Positions 1 to 9,477 are shown, counted from the stretch's first letter. The stretch: 32,000 bases of DNA from Sedimentisphaera cyanobacteriorum (GCF_001997385.1 NZ_CP019633.1:1320001-1352000); one strand, 5' to 3'. Made by a program: numbers and translations. The notes: generated from the letters alone by a model not told the origin.

Positions 1-1264
1 TGCCTCGGTTAATGTGGCAGTTGACCACAACCAGCTTACTATGGAAACGCTAAAGCGTGTGGCTAGAGAGCACGGCTTTGTATGTCTTCTCCACGAAAAG
101 CCTTTCGCCGGCCTGAACGGCTCGGGCAAGCACAACAACTGGTCTATGAGCACAGATGACGGGATGAATCTGCTCAATCCGGGCGATACACCTCACGAAA
201 ATATGCAGTTCCTCGTGTTCCTTTTTGCGGTTATAAGAGCTGTTGACAAATATGCAGACCTTCTGAGGACATCAGTAGCAAGTGCATCAAATGACCACCG
301 CCTTGGAGCGAATGAAGCCCCTCCTGCGATTATAAGCGTCTTCCTCGGGGAACAGCTTACTGAAATATACGAGCAGATAAAATCCGGCGGGCCGGGCTCA
401 TCCAAGGAGATGGGGCAGCTCAAGCTCGGGGTTTCCACTCTCCCCCAGCTGCCTCAGGACTGCACAGACAGAAACAGAACCTCGCCATTCGCATTCACCG
501 GAAACCGCTTTGAATTCCGTATGCCGGGTTCGATTATGTCCCTTTCAGGCCCGAACTTTGTACTCAATACAATAGTGGCCGATGTACTCGAAGAGATGGC
601 TGAGAAAATAGAAGAATTCTCTTCTGATTCATTCAATTCAGACGTTCAGAAGATGCTCAAAGAGTTTGCTGTAGAGCATGAAAAGGTAATATTTAACGGC
701 GATAATTATACAGACCAGTGGGAGAAAGAGGCGGAAGAGAGAGGCCTGCCTAATCTGAAAAACACTGTGGATGCTCTTGCGAGCCTCGACAAGGAGAAGA
801 ATATTTCTGTATTCGAAAGGCAAAAAGTTCTCAACAGCTCTGAGCTTTCCGCAAGGCAGGAGATTCTGTATGAACAGTATGCCAGTCTGCTGAATATCGA
901 GGCGCTTGCTGCCTTGAATATGGCTAAGAGGGAGATCCTTCCGGCAGCCGTTAAATATTCCAGCCAAGTCGCATCATCTGTGAATACCGTAAGCTCTGCA
1001 GGTATAGAGCCGGCATCTCAGAAAAAACTTCTCGTGGAACTCAACGAAACTATCAGCGATCTGTCAAACGCTATCTCGCAGCTTGAAAATGCCTGCGGAG
1101 AGGCGAAAAACATAGAAGAACCTGCAGAATCTGCTAAATGCTACAGAGATAAGGTAATCCCTGCGATGACAGCCTTAAGAGAGGCGGCAGACAAAATTGA
1201 AGGAATGGTGGATGCACAGATTTGGCCTCTGCCTACATACGCTGACATGCTATTTAAGAGATAA
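1..1264 (+). CDS. glnN: Glutamine synthetase, type III (GlnN-type), C-terminal ~420 aa; 5' end lies outside the window
   Basis: The frame is open to the window edge (codons from nt 2). It contains the block HEKPFAGLNGSGKHNNWSM, which I recognise from type III glutamine synthetases. The long C-terminal extension is typical of the ~730-aa GSIII enzymes. Confidence 0.85.
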   Translation, partial: ASVNVAVDHNQLTMETLKRVAREHGFVCLLHEKPFAGLNGSGKHNNWSMSTDDGMNLLNPGDTPHENMQFLVFLFAVIRAVDKYADLLRTSVASASNDHRLGANEAPPAIISVFLGEQLTEIYEQIKSGGPGSSKEMGQLKLGVSTLPQLPQDCTDRNRTSPFAFTGNRFEFRMPGSIMSLSGPNFVLNTIVADVLEEMAEKIEEFSSDSFNSDVQKMLKEFAVEHEKVIFNGDNYTDQWEKEAEERGLPNLKNTVDALASLDKEKNISVFERQKVLNSSELSARQEILYEQYASLLNIEALAALNMAKREILPAAVKYSSQVASSVNTVSSAGIEPASQKKLLVELNETISDLSNAISQLENACGEAKNIEEPAESAKCYRDKVIPAMTALREAADKIEGMVDAQIWPLPTYADMLFKR

Positions 1265-1300
1265 ACGGCATCTTAGAAATCACCTTAAAACATTTTATCA

Positions 1301-1330
1301 GCCGGCGGGTATTCTCGCCGGCATTTTTTT
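1301..1330 (+). terminator. Rho-independent terminator after glnN
   Basis: GC-rich hairpin gccggcg...cgccggc (1301-1322) followed by aTTTTTTT (1323-1330), 37 nt after the glnN stop. Confidence 0.6.
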
Positions 1331-1682
1331 CGACAATTTCGGCGGCTGGTTCATATCTCAATCGCTGAGATCTGGGTGGAATAAAATCTACTGTCCACTT
1401 ATTCCGTACGCCGCAGAAGTACTATAAGCATACGTGGGTGCATAATTGACTGATTGCGCAAATTTTTGTTCGTTCTGAAAGTTTTATATCACAACATTGC
1501 TCTGATTTCACATATTTTTATTGAATGTTAAGCGATGCGGGGAAATATTATTGCCAACGCACCTGCAGGGCTGAGGATTTTGATATGGTTAAAATGGCAG
1601 TTTTTGTTAAAATACCCACTTCGGCAGACTCATTTATTGAGCAGATTAGGATTATTAGCCAAGCATAGAAAAAGGAGCTGAA

Positions 1683-4556
1683 TTGAGTATTTGGCGTTTT
1701 GAAATATCCAGCAAGATAGGCTGGCCGGACGTACACGGAAAGGCAGTTCTCGAGGAGATCAGGGAGCTGGGCATAGAAGGCGTTGAAAATGTGGAGTGCA
1801 CAAAGGTATTCCTTATAGAGGCGGATTTTGATGAGGCGTTTGCAGGACGAGTGGCAGATGAACTGCTCACCGACACTGTCTGCGAAGACTGCTTTTTGGG
1901 CAGGAGAACCGAGAAGGAAACCGAAAACCGCAGGATCGTGGAGGTTCATCTCAAAAGCGGTGTTACCGATTCGGTGGCCGGTTCTGTAACAGCTGCACTT
2001 GCCGATATGGGAGCAAGGGCATCGAGCGTGCGCACGGCAAAGAAATACGCTATCACCGGCTCACTCAGCGACGAGGACATAAACGTTATTACAAGAAGGG
2101 TTCTTGCCAACGACTGTGTCGAAGAGGTAATCTTCGGCAGCGATTCTGAGCCCCCCTCCCCGCATACCGATGAATACCAGCTCAAAAAAACTGAGATTGA
2201 GCTTCTCTCGCTCAGCGAAGAAGGGCTTATGAAGCTCAGCAAAGAAATGGATCTCTTTCTCGATGAGAAAGAAATGAAAGAGATTCAGCAGTACTACCAG
2301 CGTATCGGACGCAACCCAACAGACGTAGAGCTGGAAACAATCGCCCAAACTTGGAGCGAGCACTGCGTCCATAAAACCCTCAAGAGCAGTATCGATATGG
2401 ATTTCGACGGCAAAAAGATTCATTTCGACAATCTCATCAAGGAAACAGTATTCAAAGCCACAAAAGACCTCTCGAAAAAATGGTGCGTTTCGGTATTCGA
2501 GGATAATGCAGGCGTTGTGGAGTTCGATGAGGATGATGCTGTATGTTTCAAGGTGGAAACGCATAACCACCCCTCAGCCCTCGATCCCTACGGCGGCGCT
2601 TCCACAGGAATCGGCGGGGTTCTCCGCGATCCCATGGGCACGGGGCTCGGCGCAAAGCCCGTTGCCAACACAGATGTATTCTGCTTCGGGAAGCCCGATA
2701 CAAAGCTTGAAGACGTTCCGAAAGGCACTCTGCACCCAAGGCGAGTGATGAAGGGCGTTGTGAGCGGGGTTCGCGATTACGGCAACCGTATGGGCATACC
2801 AACAGTGAACGGGGCAGTGTATTTCGACCAGCGTTATATGGCCAATCCTCTCGTTTTCTGCGGGACAGTGGGGCTGATTCCCCGCGATAAGTGCTTCGGG
2901 GAGGCGAGCCCGGGAGATTATGTGGTTGTTGTGGGCGGAAAAACCGGCCGCGACGGGATACACGGAGCCACGTTCTCCAGCGGACAGATGACCCACGAAC
3001 ACGAAGACATATTCTCTCATGCGGTACAGATTGGCGATGCGATAACCGAAAAGAAGGCTCTGGACACAATCCTCAAGGCGAGAGATGCAGGCATCTATGA
3101 TGCCATCACAGACTGCGGCGCAGGCGGGCTGAGCTCAGCTGTAGGCGAGATGGGCGAGAAAACCGGCGTAAATGTGGAGCTGGAGAGAGTGCCGCTAAAG
3201 TATAAGGGGCTATCCTACACAGAAATATGGATCAGCGAGGCGCAGGAGCGGATGGTGCTTGCTGTGAAGCCGGAGAACCTCGAGAAGATCCTCGAAATCT
3301 TTCGCTCTGAAGACGTTGAGGCAATTCAGATAGGCCGTTTTACCAGCGACAAAAAGCTTACCCTAAACTACAGAGGCACTCAGGTGGGCGAGCTTGAGAT
3401 GGAATTTTTGCATAACGGCATCCCCCAGTATTCAAGAACAGCCAGATGGCAGACTCCGAAACTCGACGAGCCTGAGCCGAAGAATAAATTTGATTACAAT
3501 GAGGATTTGAAAGAAATTCTCAGTTCATACAACGTTGCGAGCAAGGAATGGATTATCCGCCAGTACGACCACGAGGTTCAGGGCGGAAGCGTAATAAAGC
3601 CGCTGGTGGGCGTTGCGTTAGACGGCCCATCCGATGCAGCTGTAATACGCCCAAAGCAGGCGAGCGATAAGGGCGTTGCTATTGCGTGCGGTATGAACCC
3701 GCTCTACGGCGACATAGACCCGTACTGGATGGCTCTTTCCGGCATCGACGAGGCTGTGCGTAATGTTGTGTGCGTGGGCGGACGTCCGGACAGAATCGCC
3801 CTGCTTGATAACTACTGCTGGGGTAACTGCCGGAAGCCGGAAATCCTCGGCGGTCTCGTGCGGGCTTCACAGGCCTGCTACGACGGGGCAATGGGCTTTG
3901 AGGCTCCGTTCATCTCAGGAAAAGACTCACTTAACAACGAATTCAAAACCGAAGACGGAACAGAAATCAATATCCCTCCTACACTGCTGATAAGCGCTCT
4001 CACGCAGGTCGATGATGTACGTGAATGTATTACGATGGACCTCAAGAAGCCGGGCAATGCTGTTTACCTCGTTGGCGAAACATTCGACGAACTGGGCGGC
4101 TCACATTACTACAGCATTAACGGCAAACTCGGGGCGAACGTGCCGAAAGTGGATACTGCTGCTGCCCTTAAAACTGCAAAGAAAATGCATACAGCTATAT
4201 CTTCCGGCCTAGTTCGAAGCGCGCACGACTGCTCGGAAGGCGGATTTGCCGCTGCTGCTGCTGAGATGGCCTTTGCAGGCGGGCTCGGAATAGAATGTGA
4301 TGCAGGGCTTGTAAAATGCGCCGAAGAGCTCAGCAATGAGGCAAGGCTCTTCAGCGAATCGAATTCGCGGTATGTGGTGGAAGTGCAGGCGGATAAAACT
4401 GCCGACTTCGAAAGGGCTCTGGACGGCTGCGTTTTCTCTCGCATAGGCAGGGTAACCGATAATGAACGGGTAGTGATTACAGGCGGTGATAATGAGCTGA
4501 TAAACGCCTCAATCGGCTCGCTCAAAAAGGCTTGGCAAAGCCCGCTGGCCTTCTGA
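1683..4556 (+). CDS. purL: Phosphoribosylformylglycinamidine (FGAM) synthase, PurL fused to two N-terminal PurS-like repeats (PurSL)
   Basis: The 957-aa ORF has a TTG start 5 nt after AAAGGAG (1671-1677). The core carries PurL/AIR-synthase-like blocks (ETHNHPSALDPYGGASTGIGGVLRD, GGKTGRDGIHGATFSS, SGKDSLNNEF). The N-terminal ~150 aa form two PurS-like repeats. There is no PurQ glutaminase domain. Confidence 0.9.
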   Translation: MSIWRFEISSKIGWPDVHGKAVLEEIRELGIEGVENVECTKVFLIEADFDEAFAGRVADELLTDTVCEDCFLGRRTEKETENRRIVEVHLKSGVTDSVAGSVTAALADMGARASSVRTAKKYAITGSLSDEDINVITRRVLANDCVEEVIFGSDSEPPSPHTDEYQLKKTEIELLSLSEEGLMKLSKEMDLFLDEKEMKEIQQYYQRIGRNPTDVELETIAQTWSEHCVHKTLKSSIDMDFDGKKIHFDNLIKETVFKATKDLSKKWCVSVFEDNAGVVEFDEDDAVCFKVETHNHPSALDPYGGASTGIGGVLRDPMGTGLGAKPVANTDVFCFGKPDTKLEDVPKGTLHPRRVMKGVVSGVRDYGNRMGIPTVNGAVYFDQRYMANPLVFCGTVGLIPRDKCFGEASPGDYVVVVGGKTGRDGIHGATFSSGQMTHEHEDIFSHAVQIGDAITEKKALDTILKARDAGIYDAITDCGAGGLSSAVGEMGEKTGVNVELERVPLKYKGLSYTEIWISEAQERMVLAVKPENLEKILEIFRSEDVEAIQIGRFTSDKKLTLNYRGTQVGELEMEFLHNGIPQYSRTARWQTPKLDEPEPKNKFDYNEDLKEILSSYNVASKEWIIRQYDHEVQGGSVIKPLVGVALDGPSDAAVIRPKQASDKGVAIACGMNPLYGDIDPYWMALSGIDEAVRNVVCVGGRPDRIALLDNYCWGNCRKPEILGGLVRASQACYDGAMGFEAPFISGKDSLNNEFKTEDGTEINIPPTLLISALTQVDDVRECITMDLKKPGNAVYLVGETFDELGGSHYYSINGKLGANVPKVDTAAALKTAKKMHTAISSGLVRSAHDCSEGGFAAAAAEMAFAGGLGIECDAGLVKCAEELSNEARLFSESNSRYVVEVQADKTADFERALDGCVFSRIGRVTDNERVVITGGDNELINASIGSLKKAWQSPLAF

Positions 4557-4571
4557 GAGGCAAGCTTAAAT

Positions 4572-5420
4572 TCAGGGCTTCAGCGTTATATTATCTATCA
4601 GCCTTGCAGGGCCGATACGCACGGCTATTGCTGCTAGCGATTCTGCGGATATGTTCTCTTCGGGCTGGAAGGTGTCTTTCCGCACGATTTCGATATAGTC
4701 TATTTCTGCTGAGGGGCAGGATTGGATGGTTTCACGAATTTTGCTTTTCAGACGGGAAGTATCGCGCTGTCCTGAATTAAAAAGTTCCCTGCAAAGCATC
4801 AGAGATTTATAAAGCACTCCCGCCTGCTTTCGCTGGTCTTCGCTGAGGTAATCATTCCGGCTGCTCATTGCAAGCCCGCTTTCCTCACGCACAATCGGGC
4901 ATCCGATAATCTCCAGCGGCATATCAAGCTGGGCAGCTGCAGCCCTTATCACAGCTAGCTGCTGAGCGTCCTTCTGTCCGAAATATGCCCTGTCCGGCTG
5001 AACGATATTGAAAAGCTTCGTGCAAACAGTAGCCACGCCGCGGAAATGCCCCGGGCGTGCTGCTCCGCAGAGCGTTTCTGTGAGCGGGCCTTCAACATCC
5101 ACCCAAACCTTCTGGGGTTCGGGATACATCTGGCCGGCAGACGGAGCAAACACCGCATCAGCCCCCGCCTTTTCACTTCGTTTTAAGTCTTCCGATAAAT
5201 TGCGGGGGTAGCTCTCGAGGTCTTCATTCGGACCGAACTGCGTTGGATTAACAAAAACGCTCACAACAACGAAATCGCAATCTGAGCTGGCACGTTCGAT
5301 CAGCGAGAGATGCCCTTCGTGCAGGGCTCCCATCGTGGGTACAAGACCAACGGATTTTCCATCAGCCTTAACGCTGGAAACTATCCGGCGAATCTCACTT
5401 TTTGTTTCAGCCTTTTTCAT
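4572..5420 (-). CDS. panC: Pantoate--beta-alanine ligase (pantothenate synthetase)
   Basis: The 282-aa ORF has the HIGH-type motif PTMGALHEGHLSLI and FVNPTQFGPNEDL, both typical of PanC. Its ATG overlaps the stop of the upstream folK-fusion gene (ATGA). Confidence 0.93.
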   Translation of the reverse strand: MKKAETKSEIRRIVSSVKADGKSVGLVPTMGALHEGHLSLIERASSDCDFVVVSVFVNPTQFGPNEDLESYPRNLSEDLKRSEKAGADAVFAPSAGQMYPEPQKVWVDVEGPLTETLCGAARPGHFRGVATVCTKLFNIVQPDRAYFGQKDAQQLAVIRAAAAQLDMPLEIIGCPIVREESGLAMSSRNDYLSEDQRKQAGVLYKSLMLCRELFNSGQRDTSRLKSKIRETIQSCPSAEIDYIEIVRKDTFQPEENISAESLAAIAVRIGPARLIDNITLKP

Positions 5421-6496
5421 TTCAGATAATACCTCACTTTCTCTGCTATGTCAGATATCGTGTTTTGATCCCTGAAATCAGCATACCCGCTGTTTATCTC
5501 GAGAACGGGCGATTTTTTCCAGTTTCTAATGAGCCTGCAATACTCTTCGCTTAGCCTGTAAACCAAATCTTCGGGAAGGCGTGATTCGATTTTCCTTTGC
5601 CTTTGTTCTATTCTCTGAAGGTAAATCTCCGGCGGGCATTTTATGTGCAGAATGAGGCAGGCTGGCCAGAAATTTATCGCGGCGCGTTCGAACTGCTCGT
5701 AGAAGATGAGCCTTTCCTCCTGATTCAGCCAGAATTTCGGAAAGATAAGCGATTTCTCGGGCAGGAAGTCTGTGATGTATATCTTATCCGGCCGCAGGCT
5801 GGTGCGTCTGAGCTGCTGGAGCGATCTATCCAGGAAGTACAGCTCGCTGTTCAGAGCGAGGTCTTCCCTGCCCTGATACACAAACGGCAGGAACGGGTTG
5901 TTCTGATAATCTTCGAGCAGAAGCTCTGTTTCGAGCTTTGCAGAAAGCATCTTTGCAAGCGTTGTTTTCCCTGCTCCGATAGTCCCTGCAATGCATACAA
6001 GGCGCGGATTGTGATTTTCGTTGAAAAAGCTCCTGCCCCGCACAATCTCAAGCATTTCTAAGGTGCTATACTTTAAAACGGGATGTTTGACTGATGGGGC
6101 TATCTGGGCAAGCGGACATAGAACAAAGCTTCTAAGGTGCATCTGCGGATGGGGAACTTGAAGCTCGGGGGCGTCTATCACTTCTCCGTTGAAGTATATT
6201 ATGTCCAGATCGATTGTCCTCGAGCTCCATTTATATTCCCTCTCTCTGCCGAGAGAATCTTCGATTTTCTGGAGCTTCTCCAGAAGTTTGGCAGGGGCAA
6301 GGCTGGTGGAAATTTTGGCAGCGCAGTTGCAGTAGTCGGGCTGATTAGAGCTGGAGAGGGGCGAATTTTCTATTATACGGCTTGTTTTCTCAAGCTTGCA
6401 GTGCGGGCTTTCCCCAATCTTCTCAAGGCTTTTGCGTATATTGCCCTGTTTATCCCCGAGATTGCTGCCAAGAGATATATAAACCGTATTTTCCAT
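5417..6496 (-). CDS. folK: Fusion protein: N-terminal HPPK (FolK, 6-hydroxymethyl-7,8-dihydropterin pyrophosphokinase) and C-terminal deoxynucleoside-kinase-family P-loop domain
   Basis: Residues 1-160 carry HPPK blocks (VYISLGSNLGDK, RTIDLDII, LQVPHPQMHLRSFVL). Residues ~165-359 carry the P-loop IAGTIGAGKTTLAKML, NPFLPFVY and an Arg-rich lid (LQRIEQRQRKIESR), as in dNK/dGK-type kinases. Confidence 0.8.
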   Translation of the reverse strand: MENTVYISLGSNLGDKQGNIRKSLEKIGESPHCKLEKTSRIIENSPLSSSNQPDYCNCAAKISTSLAPAKLLEKLQKIEDSLGREREYKWSSRTIDLDIIYFNGEVIDAPELQVPHPQMHLRSFVLCPLAQIAPSVKHPVLKYSTLEMLEIVRGRSFFNENHNPRLVCIAGTIGAGKTTLAKMLSAKLETELLLEDYQNNPFLPFVYQGREDLALNSELYFLDRSLQQLRRTSLRPDKIYITDFLPEKSLIFPKFWLNQEERLIFYEQFERAAINFWPACLILHIKCPPEIYLQRIEQRQRKIESRLPEDLVYRLSEEYCRLIRNWKKSPVLEINSGYADFRDQNTISDIAEKVRYYLK

Positions 6497-6522
6497 AGGT
6501 CTCTACGCTGCTTAATCCATTT

Positions 6523-6774
6523 TTACTGGGTTTTTATAACGTTCTTCTCTTCAGATTTAGGCTTATTAGGCGTTCCGAAATCGGTTATGTCCGAGTCTGT
6601 TCTCTGCCAAATCTGGCCGCTGCGTGTGTCTAAAATAAAAACCGAATCTGCTCCGCCCGAAGAAATTTGATAAGTACCCTCTCGCGGGGCAACCGCCTGC
6701 CCCATACATACCGCAAGCCCTATACCGAGGGCAAACCCGATAAGGAGATTTTTAACCTTGGATTCTTGCTTCAT
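6523..6774 (-). CDS. Small secreted or membrane-anchored hypothetical protein (83 aa)
   Basis: It has an N-terminal signal/anchor (KNLLIGFALGIGLAVCMGQAVA) and AGGA 8 nt upstream of the ATG. It sits 26 nt upstream of folK in the same orientation. I recognise no family. Confidence 0.45.
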   Translation of the reverse strand: MKQESKVKNLLIGFALGIGLAVCMGQAVAPREGTYQISSGGADSVFILDTRSGQIWQRTDSDITDFGTPNKPKSEEKNVIKTQ

Positions 6775-6799
6775 TTTTCTATTCCTTTTTTTATCTTAC

Positions 6800-6836
6800 T
6801 TAAAAATGCAGAGCCCCTTACAGCGAGGCCCTGCAT
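6800..6836 (-). terminator. Probable rho-independent terminator downstream of the GHMP kinase gene
   Basis: Imperfect 12-bp stem (6806-6817 / 6825-6836, 2 mismatches) with a 7-nt loop, followed on the minus strand by TTTTA (6801-6805). Confidence 0.45.
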
Positions 6837-6874
6837 ACAATTTTTTTAATAATGTCGGTTTTGGCTTTGCTTTA

Positions 6875-8112
6875 TTAAAGAGCGCCTTCAAACACCTTTA
6901 TACCATCTACCACTTTGCACACATGCACTGCATACTTATCAGCAAAGTCCGGATGGCTTCTTGGGTATCCGTTGTTTACGGCCTTTTTCAAATCATCAAC
7001 GGCTTCCGCCCTTGCCAGCGCGCCCGCTGCGCCTTTATCGCCTCCGCCGAGCATCCTCTCACCGAGAACGCCGTCAACGGTTCTAACTGTATCGCACATC
7101 GTTTCAAGCTCGGGCCGGAGATTACATAATCATCCCGCAGCCCGATACCGTCTTCACGGAAGATTTTGCCGACAGTTTCGATATCGCCTTCTCTCCATGC
7201 GTTGAGCATCTGATAGAACCTCTTCTGGGCGTTGTATATATACACCAGCCTCTGAACAAGCTCCGGGTCTGTTACGATGAAATGATTGTAAATTCGATTG
7301 AAAAGAGCCTCATCCTTTATGTCCGCAAGGCAGCTTATCTCAAAGCCCGCTTCCTGAGCCTTCTCTACAAGCTCCTCGCATTCAGCACGCCTGATCTTGT
7401 AGGTGGATTTCTCGAGCCCGGGACGTACAGTTCCGGTATCGAGCCCTACAATCCTGAATTCGTCGGTATCCCCGCCCATCGGGACATAGCTGATAGACCT
7501 GTCTGCGGGGTTGTAGTGCGTACCCATGCCCTCTTTAGCGAAAAGAATCATAATTTGGTCGAGTTCTCCGCAGGGCGAGCCGATATACTCATTTTCTATG
7601 CCAACTGCTATATCGATCACGTCGAGCTGATTTTCAATCTCAACCCCGCTCGCATCGCACATTGAGAGGATTAGATTCAGGGCAAGCGAAGCAGACCGGC
7701 TCATACCCCCGCCCGGGATATTCCCGTAGATCACTGCATCAAAGCCTTCCTTGAGCTGATAGCCCTTCTGTTTGAGCATATAATCTGCTCCGTAGGGGAA
7801 TCTGCTCCAAGAATCACGAACTGAATACGGGCTGGGTACACTGCCGATTTCGAATTCTACTATGCCGTCTTCAGGGAAATTTCCGCTGAAAAGACGAAAT
7901 TTTTTCGTTCCGTTTGGTTTATAGGCCATCCAGATAAATCGGTCTGTGCCAACACCGAAAAGCTCGGTACCGTTGTAATCACCGTGCTCCACGCCGAGAC
8001 AGAAACGCGAAGAGCTGCGACGAACTTTGCCGCCGCTGATATCAAGCCCCTGCTGCTTGGCCATTTCGTTGAGTTGTTCGACTACCTGCTTATCCTGCCG
8101 GGATAAATCCAT
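6875..8112 (-). pseudogene. GHMP-family sugar kinase (galactokinase-like), disrupted by a 1-nt frameshift near 7112-7114
   Basis: ORF 6988..8112 has a GHMP ATP motif (NIPGGGMSRSASLAL) and galactokinase-like blocks (GVEHGDYNG, NEYIGSPCGELDQ). ORF 6875..7099, whose frame is open up to 7129, has the GHMP C-terminal motif (GERMLGGGDKGAAGAL). Adding one nt in the GGG run restores ...DDYVISGPELETMCDTV..., giving a ~412-aa protein. Confidence 0.75.
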
Positions 8113-8251
8113 AATTTCACCTCGTTAGTTTTCAAAAGAGATACGTTTCAATTTGTCTAAGTTTATAAAGACCGTGTGCTTCCAAAGAATCTCAAGAAGC
8201 TTGAGTATAATTACTTAGCTTATTTCAGCAAGCAAAAAGCTTAATCATGGA

Positions 8252-8289
8252 TGTGCCTCTCCCCTGTCTTTGAACAGTAATAATTAGAC
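8252..8289. repeat. IS3-family terminal inverted repeat (orfB-proximal end)
   Basis: tgtgcctctcccctgtctttgaacagtaataattagac aligns with the reverse complement of 9478-9515 (tgtagctctcccatagaattgaacactttaaattagac). The orfB stop lies inside this IR. Confidence 0.7.
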
Positions 8290-9175
8290 AAATTCCTTCA
8301 AACAGCAGTTTTTTCCTTTTGCCCCTTCAGAATTATTTTGAGGGGTGAAAGGCAAAAAACTGCGGACATACTCTACAGGAGCTTTCCCTCCCAGTGATTC
8401 GTGCCCACGCTCATAATTATATTCTATAAGCCAATCTAAAGTTAAATTACGAGCTTCTGATAAATTCTTAAAACTGTACATATCAAGTATATCCTCTCGA
8501 TAACTCCGATTGAATCGTTCAATAAAACTGTTTTGCTGAGGCTTGCCTGCTTCTATACGGCGGTGCCTGATTCTGTTTCGGCAGCAGAACCTGCGAAATT
8601 GAAGGCTCCTAAATTCCGGCCCATTATCGCTGCGAATAAAGCGGGGGAAACCCCGATCAGAGCCTATTAATTCAAGGCTACGAATTATGCGAAGCGAAGG
8701 TAAGCTCGTGTCGATCTCAATATCCAATGCCTCACGGTTAAACTCATCGATAACGTTGAAAGCCCTGAATGGCCGACCATTACTCAAACTATCGCTCATA
8801 AAATCAATACTCCATATCTCATTAGCTCTCGTAGCTTCTGGCATAGGTTTACGCTCTATTTGCCTTATCAAATTCTTTTTACGGTTGTTAAGCTGAAATT
8901 CATTTTCCTTATAAACACGATAAACCTTTTTGTGATTCCAGCTATATCCCTTGCGGCGGATACTGTCGAATATCTTTGGAAATCCGCGTCGAGGACGGGA
9001 ATCTATTACCAGCTCTATCTGTCTTTTTACCTCAGCATCATCGTTTCTTGAAGGAGTATAGTAAAAACTGCCCCGGCTGATGCCTGCTGCTTTACAAGAT
9101 GATTGCACGCATAAGCCCTTAGAATGTGCCTGCCTGGCAAAATCCTTTCGCTCGGCAGGCTTTAGAAGTTTTTTT
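8284..9175 (-). CDS. IS3-family transposase OrfB (DDE integrase core), expressed as an OrfAB fusion by -1 frameshifting
   Basis: It has an rve-type core (IWSIDFMSD ... SDNGPEF ... NSFIERFNRSYREDIL ... YNYERGHESLG). The -1 frame is open from the A7 run (9169-9175) and reads ...EKKLLKPAERKDFARQAHSKGLCVQSSCKAAGISRGSFYY. Confidence 0.9.
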
Positions 9176-9428
9176 CTATTAAATCCTTGAGAACGTTATT
9201 CTCTAATGATAAGTCCGCATACATCTTTTTGAGCTTGCCGTTCTCTCGCTCTAACTCGCGTAAACGCCTTATCTCACTGCCGCCAATACCAGAATACTTG
9301 CTCTTCCAGTTGTAAAATGTGGCACGGGATATGCCGTATTTCCTGGTCAAATCACTGACCTCTAAACCGGCTTCTGACTCCTTGAGAATCGAAAGTATCT
9401 GGCTTTCACTAAACCTCGATCTTCGCAT
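9162..9428 (-). CDS. IS3-family transposase OrfA (HTH, 88 aa)
   Basis: SESQILSILKESEAGLEVSDLTRKYGISRATFYNWKSKYSG is the classic IS3/IS911-type HTH_Tnp_1 domain. It is followed by a leucine-zipper-like region. Confidence 0.9.
   Translation of the reverse strand: MRRSRFSESQILSILKESEAGLEVSDLTRKYGISRATFYNWKSKYSGIGGSEIRRLRELERENGKLKKMYADLSLENNVLKDLIEKNF
9169..9175 (-). other. Programmed -1 ribosomal frameshift site (A AAA AAC) joining orfA and orfB
   Basis: Seven consecutive A on the minus strand sit 2 codons before the orfA stop. The orfB frame is exactly -1 relative to orfA (codon starts 9167 versus 9168). Confidence 0.7.
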
Positions 9429-9477
9429 TTTAAGTTCCTTTCTAAATATTTGAGTTGGTTTATATTATTCAGGAACC

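Noticed and set aside
4557-4571. The very short convergent intergenic gaps, purL/panC at 15 nt and beta-helix/ribD at 8 nt (26934-26941), examined as possible missing terminators or overlapping elements.
   Set aside because: No hairpin fits in these gaps. Tight convergent packing is common in compact genomes and termination may occur inside the opposing CDS. There is nothing to support a distinct feature.
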